Shown here in pieces: positions 25,103 to 32,000 of a stretch of 32,000 nucleotides of DNA (positions are counted from its first letter, which is position 1; each line of letters opens with the position of its first letter). The position numbers and the translations under genes are program-made. The DNA is from an uncultured delta proteobacterium (GTDB taxonomy: Bacteria > Desulfobacterota > Syntrophorhabdia > Syntrophorhabdales > WCHB1-27): NCBI GenBank assembly GCA_963816715.1, contig CAWFMJ010000024.1, positions 14,111 to 46,110 on the forward strand. Direction: 5' to 3'. The notes below the pieces were generated by a model. The model was not told the DNA's origin and did no database searches. It worked only from the letters and a program-made list of their open reading frames with translations.

Positions 25103-25886
25103 ATGCGTCCAATCTGGTCAGGCGCCGTCAGCTTCGGGTTGATCAACATCCCAGTGAAGCTCTACTCGGCGGTAGGGGAAAAGGGTCCCGACCTTGACAT
25201 GCTCAGGCGTCAGGATCTTTGTCCCATACGGTACGCACGGGTCTGCCGCGACACGGGGGAGGAGGTCCCCTATGAGGATATCGTGAAAGGCTATGAGTAC
25301 CGAAAGGGCGATTATGTCGTTCTCGAAGACGAGGACTTCAAACGGGCCGCTGCCGTGAAGACCCAGACCATCGACATTGTGGAATTTGTCGACGTCAGCG
25401 AAGTAGACCCGAAGTTCTTTGAGAAACCTTACTACCTCGAGCCGACGAAACAGTCAGCCAAGGCCTACGCCATTTTGCGGGAAGCCCTGAAAAAAACAGG
25501 GAAAGTGGGCGTGGGCGTCTTCGTTCTCCGCAACCGGGAACGCCCGATCGCCCTCAAGCCGGAGGGGGACCTCATCGTGCTCGAACAGATGCGCTTCGTC
25601 GACGAGATCAGGACGCCCGAGGGACTCAATTTGCCCTCGAAGGACGAAGCGACCGAGCGGGAGCTGGACATCGCGATAAAATTGATCGACCAACTCGCGG
25701 AGCCCTTCAAGCCCGAGCAGTTTCACGACTCCTACAAAGAGGAACTGGAAAAAGCTAGTGCAGGACAAAATTCAGGGAAAACCGCCTGAAGCCCCCAAAG
25801 AGGCGCCGACGCCGACGGAAGTGCCGGACCTCATGGCAAAGCTCCGGGAAAGTCTCGAGTATGCGCGAAAAAGAAAGACCGCCTGA
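25103..25886 (+). pseudogene. ku: Ku (NHEJ DNA-end-binding protein), interrupted by a +1 frameshift at an A5 run (25749-25753); as sequenced the ORF ends at 25789
   Basis: MRPIWSGAVSFGLINIPVKLYSAV is the canonical bacterial Ku N-terminus. After ...YKEELEK the given frame reads ASAGQNSGKTA-stop. The +1 frame reads LVQDKIQGKPPEAPKEAPTPTEVPDLMAKLRESLEYARKRKTA-stop (25884-25886), which is a typical Ku C-terminal tail. Removing one A from the run restores a single ~260-aa ORF. Confidence 0.85.
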
Positions 25887-28475
25887 CGAGTCCGGCGAAA
25901 ACCTCAAAGAATACCGCGAAAAACGGGACTTCTCGGTCACTCCCGAGCCGCCAGGGACAAAAGGCGCCGAGGAAGAAAGGCCGCTCTCTTTCGTGGTTCA
26001 CAAGCATCAGGCCTCGCATCTTCACTATGATCTCCGTCTGGAACTTGACGGAGTGTTGAAAAGCTGGGCAGTCCCGAAGGGGCCGTCCCTCGATCCGGGC
26101 GAAAGAAAGCTGGCGATGATGGTGGAGGACCACCCCTTCGACTACCGGACCTTTGAGGGAGTCATCCCCGAGGGCAATTACGGGGCCGGGACAGTGATGA
26201 TCTGGGACCGGGGCGATTATCGCGCCGCTGGCCGCACGGGCCGACGGGAGAGCGAGGAGGCGCTGAGACAGGGTTTGAGCCGAGGCCATATCAGCTTCGT
26301 GCTGAACGGGCAAAAGCTGAAGGGGGAATTCGCCCTCGTGCGTTTGAAAAGAGCCGAAGAGAACAGTTGGCTTCTCATTAAGGCAAAGGATGAATTCGCG
26401 CAAAGTCCGTGGCGTCCGCAGGACGAGACGTCGGTCGCCTCCGGTAGGAGCATGGAGGAAATCGCGGCGGCGGAGGCCGCTACCCCCGCAGCGGCCCTTC
26501 ACGCTAAGGAGAAGGACCGCCAGGCGCCAAAGTACACGCCCCTCGACCTTGCCGATGCCCCGGCAGCGCCCATGCCCGCGCATGTCAAGCCGATGATGGC
26601 AACCCTCGTGGAAAAGCCCTTCGACCGGCCCGGCTGGCTCTTTGAAATCAAGTGGGACGGGTATCGGGCTCTTTGCGAGGTGAAAGGAGGCGCTGTCCGC
26701 CTCTACTCCCGAAACGACTTGACCATGAATGATCGCTTCCCGGCCCTGGCGGCGGCCCTCGCCAGCTTGCCCTTCGACGCTTTGCTTGATGGAGAGATAG
26801 TGGCGCTGGACAAATCGGGGAAGGCCGACTTTCAACTGCTTCAAAATTACCTGACGTCGGGCCAGGGCGAGCTTGTCTATTATGTCTTCGACCTCCTTTA
26901 CTACAGTGGCCGGGACCTCAGAGTGCTTCCCCTCACCAGACGCAAATCGGCCCTCGAGAAGATTATCGCGGGCCGACCCTTCCTGAGGCTGAGCGACCAT
27001 GTGGAGGCGCAGGGAGAGGCCCTTTTCCAGGCGGCGAAAGAGGCAGGCGTCGAGGGGATCGTCGCAAAGGACGGCGGCAGTCCCTACCGGTCGGGTCATC
27101 GGGGCCGGGAATGGCTGAAGGTGAAGACGCACTTGCGCCAGGAAGCGGTGATCGCCGGCTTCACTCAGCCGCGGGGCGGAAGGACCGGCTTTGGCGCCCT
27201 CGTCCTCGGTGTTTACGAAAACGGCTCGCTCGTCTACATCGGTCATACGGGCGGCGGATTTACCGACGCGCAGCTCGAGTCTCTTCACAAGCTCCTTCTG
27301 CCGCTTGCCGCAAAAGAGTCCCCTTTCAATAAGCCGCCGGCGACGAACACGCCGGCGACGTGGGTCGCCCCCAAGCTCGTCGCCGAAATCAGCTTTTCCG
27401 AGTGGACGAAGGAGGGGATCATGCGCCACCCTGTTTTTCTTGGCCTACGAGAAGATCTCGATCCCCTTGACGTGAAGAAGGAGCAACCCCAAAACCTGTC
27501 ATTCGGGACGATGCCCGGCTCAGACCCTCAGGTGGGGACGGAAGCCTCGAGAAAGCGCAAAGGAAGGCTCGTCGCCATCAACGACGTCAAGGTCGATCTG
27601 ACCAATCTGGAGAAGGTGCTCTGGCCCGGCGAAGGATATACCAAAGCAGACCTGATTGCCTACTACCGGTCTGTGGCGCCCTTTATCCTCCCCTATCTCA
27701 AGGACCGCCCGGAGTCGCTCCATCGCCATCCCGACGGCATCGCTTCCCCGGCTTCTTCCAGAAGAACGTCGGCAACGCCTTCCCGGCCTGGGTCGAAACG
27801 GTCCGCGTCTATTCAGAGTCGGACGGCAAGGAAGTGAACTACCTCCTCTGTCAGGACGAAGCGGCCCTCGTCTACATGGCAAACCTCGGCTGCATCGAGA
27901 TCAATCCCTGGCATGCAAGGACCGGACATCTCGATAATCCCGATTACATGGTCCTCGACCTCGACCCCCTGGACATTCCGTTCCATGAGGTGGTGCGATG
28001 CGCCCTTGTCACCCGCGACGTGCTCGCCACGGTAGGCGCCGCCTGTTTCTGCAAGACATCGGGCGCCACAGGCCTTCACGTTTATGTCCCCCTCGGAGCC
28101 CAATACTCCCACGATCAGGCCACGCAGTTCGCCCGGCTCGTCAACCACCTGGTACACCGGCGTCTGCCCGGCAGCACAAGCCTCGAAAGGATGCCGGAGA
28201 AGCGAAAAGGAAGGGTCTACCTCGACTTCCTCCAAAACGGCCGCGGTCAGACCCTCGTTGCGCCCTATTGCCTGCGGCCCGGAAAAGGCGCTCCGGCTTC
28301 CACCCCGCTTCTCTGGGAAGAGGTGAACGACTCCCTCGATCCCGCCCGCTTCACCATAGAGACCATGGGGGCGCGTTTGCAGCAGATGGGCGATCTGTGG
28401 AAAGATGTGCTCGGCCCCGGCATCGATATGGAGCAGTGTCTCGCCCGAATCGACGAAATGTTCGAAAAACCGTAG
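25861..28475 (+). pseudogene. ligD: DNA ligase D (phosphoesterase-ligase-polymerase order), split by a frameshift at a C4 run (27746-27749) into ORFs 25861-27837 and 27834-28475
   Basis: PE domain: FVVHKHQASHLHYDLRLELDG. Ligase domain: FEIKWDGYR (motif I lysine) and EGIVAK. Pol/primase domain start: LTNLEKVLWP...RHPDGI. After the C4 run, frame 0 becomes ASPASSRRTS...stop. The other frame reads GFFQKNVGNAFPAWVETVRVYSESDGKEVNYLLCQDE...MVLDLDP...SGATGLHVYVPL, a canonical LigD-Pol sequence. One additional C restores a single ~871-aa ORF. Confidence 0.85.
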
Positions 28476-28765
28476 CCTCTTCTCTTTCGACCCACTGCGT
28501 TGAAGCATAGTCGCGTCGTGTTCTCTGCTTAGCGCGAGATGTTGCACGAGACGCTCACCCTTCTGGCGATGAGGGGAAAACGCACCGGCGTCGCGACGTG
28601 CCTGCAAAGGGAAGGAAATGGTGCGCCGAGGTCTTTGCGGTTCCAGGTTTTTTTGGAAACGGCGGCGGGATCGGAGGCTGCCCTTGTCGGCGTCCAGGAC
28701 AGCCTCCCTATGCTCAAGCTATGCGCCTGTTGGGCGTGAAACCCTGCGCATTCCTGTTTTCCCTC

Positions 28766-29986
28766 CTACCACGTGTTGGGCGCCATCTTGATCGTCCATA
28801 CCTTGGGAAGGGCCGGATAGACGGGCATGCGTTCGCCATTCCACCACTGGAGCCCAAGAAGCGGCGTGAAGGCCAGGCCTTTCTCGTTGAATTTGACGTC
28901 GCCCATGGTGCTGCTCTTGAAAGAGCCTCCGAACACGGCGTCTCTCACCTTCTCGGGTTTCAGCGAACCGGCCTTCTCTATGGCCATGCAAAGAATCTCG
29001 GCATTGGCGTAGGAGAGTCCGACGCTCGTGGAGTCGCGTCCGTTGTGGTCCTTCATGAAGCGTTTCTGAAGCTCTTCCGACATGGGCGCACCGTTTTTGG
29101 AGGCCCAGAAGCCGTCATGAATCACGTAGTTTGCGTCTTTGCCCATGGCCTGGACGAACTCCCTCGGCCAGAACCCCTTCCATCCGTGCAGATACGGCAC
29201 CCTGAAGCCTTGCTCTTTCATCTGGCGCAGGAGGGTGATTCCGTCGGTGGGAGACCCCAGCCACAGCAGCGCGTCCGCCTTAGCCGCTTTCCATTTCAGG
29301 ATGAATGAGGAGAAGTCTTTCATCCCCGGTGCGTAGGGCTCGTCAACAACAAAGGTGTAGCCGTACTGCTTTGCGAAAGCTTTGAATCCTCCCCCGAAGC
29401 CCTGGCCGTCCTGATTGTCCTCCATCATGAGGGCGGGTCTTTGCGGCCGCTGCTCTTTTGGCAAGGCCTCCCAGATAAGGAACGGGGCGTGGGCCGCTTC
29501 GGCCGCACTGGTGAAAAAGTCGGACGTCCACTTGAAGTTTCCTTTTTCGATGTCTTCCAGCCAGCTTGTAGCAATCGGATAGTACATCTTGTATTTCTCG
29601 CAGACGGTAGCCGCGGCGAGGTTGATCGGCGTGATGTTGCTGGAAAGGGCGAAGTTGATCTTATTCACCCTGATGAGCCGCTCCATCCCCTCCGCTCCGC
29701 CGTCAGGAACAGATTTGTCATCCGCGAAGATAAGCTTCACGGGCAGCTTCCTGTTGTACTCCTTGACGAAAACGCCGCCTTTCTTGTTGATGTCTATGAT
29801 CGCCTGCTCGTAGGCCCATTTCATCTCCGCCGCGGTCATTGCGTTCATGCCGGTCAGAGAAACGAGCGCGCCCACAAGGATTTCCTTTGGCCCTTCCGCA
29901 GCCGTCGCCCTGCTCAAAGGCGCCAGACAAACCGCGAGCAGCAAGAAGATGAAGCCGAGCCACAACAGACGTTTCTTTTGCGTCAT
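28766..29986 (-). CDS. ABC transporter periplasmic substrate-binding protein (Liv/branched-chain amino acid-type, Peripla_BP_6-like)
   Basis: Signal peptide MTQKKRLLWLGFIFLLLAVCLAPLSRATAAEG, then ILVGALVSLTGMNAMTAAEMKWAYEQAIIDINKKGGV, which is typical of LivK-family binding proteins. No permease or ATPase genes are adjacent in this window. Confidence 0.8.
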   Translation of the reverse strand: MTQKKRLLWLGFIFLLLAVCLAPLSRATAAEGPKEILVGALVSLTGMNAMTAAEMKWAYEQAIIDINKKGGVFVKEYNRKLPVKLIFADDKSVPDGGAEGMERLIRVNKINFALSSNITPINLAAATVCEKYKMYYPIATSWLEDIEKGNFKWTSDFFTSAAEAAHAPFLIWEALPKEQRPQRPALMMEDNQDGQGFGGGFKAFAKQYGYTFVVDEPYAPGMKDFSSFILKWKAAKADALLWLGSPTDGITLLRQMKEQGFRVPYLHGWKGFWPREFVQAMGKDANYVIHDGFWASKNGAPMSEELQKRFMKDHNGRDSTSVGLSYANAEILCMAIEKAGSLKPEKVRDAVFGGSFKSSTMGDVKFNEKGLAFTPLLGLQWWNGERMPVYPALPKVWTIKMAPNTW

Positions 29987-30289
29987 AGTCCCCCCCTTTG
30001 TTTTGTCGCCTTCCCTTCTATTGTCCCATGATTGCCGTCACTGCGAAGATGCTCTGCCGATTTGCGTTCGCACATCCCCCCTTTCTTACGAGACGCGACG
30101 TATAAGCGCGACAGAACCGGGCCTTCCCCATCGGCGTTTAGAAACCGGACACGACGCTTTTAAAACATGGGCGCATCCGCCGTTCCTACCGGATGCCTGA
30201 CGCGCAACGGTACCTCCATTATACACCAGCACCATGCGGCAAGCACGATGATTTCCGCGCCTTTAAAAAAATGCTACGCTAAGGAACCC

Positions 30290-31885
30290 ATGCGAGTATT
30301 GCTTGTTCAGCCGCCCATAGAGGACTTTTACGACACCTCCATCAGGACGTACCCGCTCGGTCTGCTCTATCTCGCGACGCGCGTGAGCGCGATTGCCGAC
30401 GTCGTCCTCCTCGATGCGAGGACCGGCTACAAGCCGCGGCAGCTTCCGAAGCACGAATTTCATGAGCTTGAGCCGTTCTACAGGGAAAGCTTCACTCCTT
30501 TTTCGTTTTTCAGCCGCTACCGTCGTTTTGGGCTCACTTCCGTTGAAATGAGACAGATCGTGGAAAAGGAACGGCCCGACGTGGCGGCGATCTCCTCAAT
30601 GTGCAGCGCCTACGAAAAAGAGGCGTTGGAAGCGGCAACGGCGGCCAAAGAGGCGAACCGGGAAATCGTGACCGTGATGGGCGGCGTCCACGCTACGCTC
30701 TTCCCTGAACGCCTTCTTGCGCATCCCGATGTCGATTACTGCGTGCGGGGAGAAGGAGAAACGCCCTTTTTTGAGCTGGTTTCCGCCTTGTGCCGTGGTC
30801 TGCGGCCGGGCAGCGACATTCCGGGTCTCTGTTTTAGGGAAGGCGGGCAGTTCCACATCTCCGATCCGAACGTCGAGACGGACATCGACCTCCTGCCCGC
30901 CCGACAGTATGCGGACGCGAGCCGTTACGTGATCAACAGGAAAAAGTATGCTTTCTTTCTCACTTCCAGGGGTTGCCCCTTTTCCTGCGCTTTTTGCGGG
31001 AAACCGCCCATCCCCTACAGGAAGCGGCGACTGGACGGCATCGCCGAAGAGATAGAAGCGTGCGCCGGAGGGGGCATAGAAGCAATCGACTTTGAGGACG
31101 ATATGCTCAATCTGGACAAGCAATCTTTCCAGGCGACGCTTAACCTGCTTGCCCCCAAAGCATTCACGCTGTCCGCCATGAACGGCATATACCCGACGCA
31201 CATGGATGCGGCAACGCTGGATCTCATGTATTCGGCCGGCTTTCGACGCCTCAACTTTTCCGTCGTGGATCTGTCCGAGTCGATCCTGTCGGCCCAGGGG
31301 AGAGCATCCCAGAAAAGTTTCATGAAGCTCCTGCCCTATCTCGACCGCTCGCCCTTCCTGACAGAAGTCCATTTTATCGTGGGCCTGCCGGGGCAACGCC
31401 CCGCGGACCTGCTGGATACCCTCTGCTTTCTCATGGGTCAGAGACTGCTATTGGGACCCAGCATCTTTTATCTTTCGCCGGGCAGTCCGATAGCCGCATC
31501 CTTCGACAGCGCCGCGGCGCCGTTGGCGCGGATGCGGTCGAGCGCCATGCTTCCCGTCAACCCGCTCTTTCCGCGGAGCGTCACCTTCGCCTTCATGAAG
31601 CTCGTGAGGTTCATCAACTACACAAAGCAACTCCTCGACCGGCACGACGGCATAAGCAGGGCGAGCGAACTCCCCGTTATTCAAGCCGTCGCGGCCGACG
31701 AGCGGAAGCAAGTGATCTTCGAGCGTCTCCTGTTCGGGAAGAAGTTCGTCTGCTACGAGCCGGGGCGGAACGGGCCTGAGGATGAAGCAGCCGACCCCAA
31801 CCTGGTCCGGATGTTCTTCGAGAAAGCGAAAGGAATGACCATCAAAGGGTACAAGACGGACAAGACGCTGCTGGTAGACGTCTGA
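30290..31885 (+). CDS. B12-binding-domain radical SAM protein (class B)
   Basis: MRVLLVQPP...YPLGLLYLA and DVAAISSM...VTVMGGVHAT form the N-terminal cobalamin-binding-like domain. SRGCPFSCAFCG is the CX3CX2C radical SAM motif. ATG 30290 with AAGGA upstream is preferred over the track start 30167. Confidence 0.85.
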   Translation: MRVLLVQPPIEDFYDTSIRTYPLGLLYLATRVSAIADVVLLDARTGYKPRQLPKHEFHELEPFYRESFTPFSFFSRYRRFGLTSVEMRQIVEKERPDVAAISSMCSAYEKEALEAATAAKEANREIVTVMGGVHATLFPERLLAHPDVDYCVRGEGETPFFELVSALCRGLRPGSDIPGLCFREGGQFHISDPNVETDIDLLPARQYADASRYVINRKKYAFFLTSRGCPFSCAFCGKPPIPYRKRRLDGIAEEIEACAGGGIEAIDFEDDMLNLDKQSFQATLNLLAPKAFTLSAMNGIYPTHMDAATLDLMYSAGFRRLNFSVVDLSESILSAQGRASQKSFMKLLPYLDRSPFLTEVHFIVGLPGQRPADLLDTLCFLMGQRLLLGPSIFYLSPGSPIAASFDSAAAPLARMRSSAMLPVNPLFPRSVTFAFMKLVRFINYTKQLLDRHDGISRASELPVIQAVAADERKQVIFERLLFGKKFVCYEPGRNGPEDEAADPNLVRMFFEKAKGMTIKGYKTDKTLLVDV

Positions 31886-32000
31886 GAGAAACCTCCCGCT
31901 TGCCTTTTTCGGCTGTTGTACATAGGTTCGATAGAAGGACGGAAGGCGTCGCGCGAATAGCGACTCGGGCCCGCCGGGAGAGCCTGCTCGTTCGGCGGTC

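Noticed and set aside
25745-25760. Programmed -1 ribosomal frameshift at GGAAAAAG in ku
   Set aside because: The -1 frame reads AGC TAG and terminates immediately. The conserved Ku tail is in the +1 frame. There is no X_XXY_YYZ heptamer and no obvious downstream stimulatory structure. A simple 1-nt indel, real or artefactual, is more parsimonious.
25831-27429. 532-aa minus-strand ORF antisense to ligD
   Set aside because: It lies entirely within the strongly supported ligD coding region on the other strand and has an R/G/P-rich low-information composition with no motifs.
28598-29308. 236-aa plus-strand ORF overlapping the substrate-binding protein gene
   Set aside because: It is antisense to a CDS that has a clear signal peptide and family motifs, and it has no domain signature of its own.
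30167-30289. 41-codon N-terminal extension of the radical SAM ORF in the track
   Set aside because: It has no RBS and a non-domain-like sequence (…IIHQHHAASTMISAPLKK…). The conserved B12-domain start MRVLLVQPP begins at ATG 30290 with AAGGA upstream.
1-32000. Scan for CRISPR arrays, rRNA, intact IS elements, integrases or toxin-antitoxin/defence-type gene pairs
   Set aside because: No regularly spaced direct repeats, rRNA-like conserved blocks, terminal inverted repeats flanking a transposase, or recognisable defence-system domains were found. The dGTPase-like gene sits in a housekeeping context with valS rather than in a defence island.

Overview
GC-rich chromosomal segment. The gene content suggests an anaerobic deltaproteobacterium-like organism (Desulfobacterota/Syntrophobacterales-like), but that is inference from gene content only.

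Gene order, left to right:
(1) A plus-strand putative catabolic cluster: a fused hydantoinase/oxoprolinase HyuA-HyuB (5' truncated by the window edge), an Isf-like Fe-S flavoprotein, an MFS transporter, a SnoaL-like protein, a family III CoA-transferase and an enoyl-CoA hydratase. It is followed by a 4xPAS-LuxR one-component regulator and a methyl-accepting chemotaxis protein.
(2) A divergent metal/metalloid module. On the minus strand are hgcA, hgcB (the mercury-methylation corrinoid protein and its ferredoxin) and arsC. Facing them on the plus strand are arsR, acr3 and a C_GCAxxG_C_C-family gene.
(3) Housekeeping genes: a dGTPase-like HD protein, a pseudo-receiver protein, valS, gatC and gatA.
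(4) A DNA-repair block: family-4 uracil-DNA glycosylase, Ku and LigD. Both Ku and LigD are interrupted by single-base homopolymer frameshifts.
(5) An orphan Liv-type ABC substrate-binding protein (minus strand), divergent from a B12-binding radical SAM enzyme.

No rRNA, intact tRNA, CRISPR array or intact mobile element was seen.

The most interesting observation concerns hgcA. Its conserved N-terminal coding sequence lies upstream of the first usable ATG and has no canonical start codon of its own. It can only be joined to an upstream ATG by reading through an in-frame TGA that directly follows a Cys codon. A SECIS-like hairpin sits at the expected distance downstream of that TGA. This makes it a candidate Cys-Sec selenoprotein form of HgcA.

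Everything here was read by eye from the sequence and the ORF track. No database search was possible.
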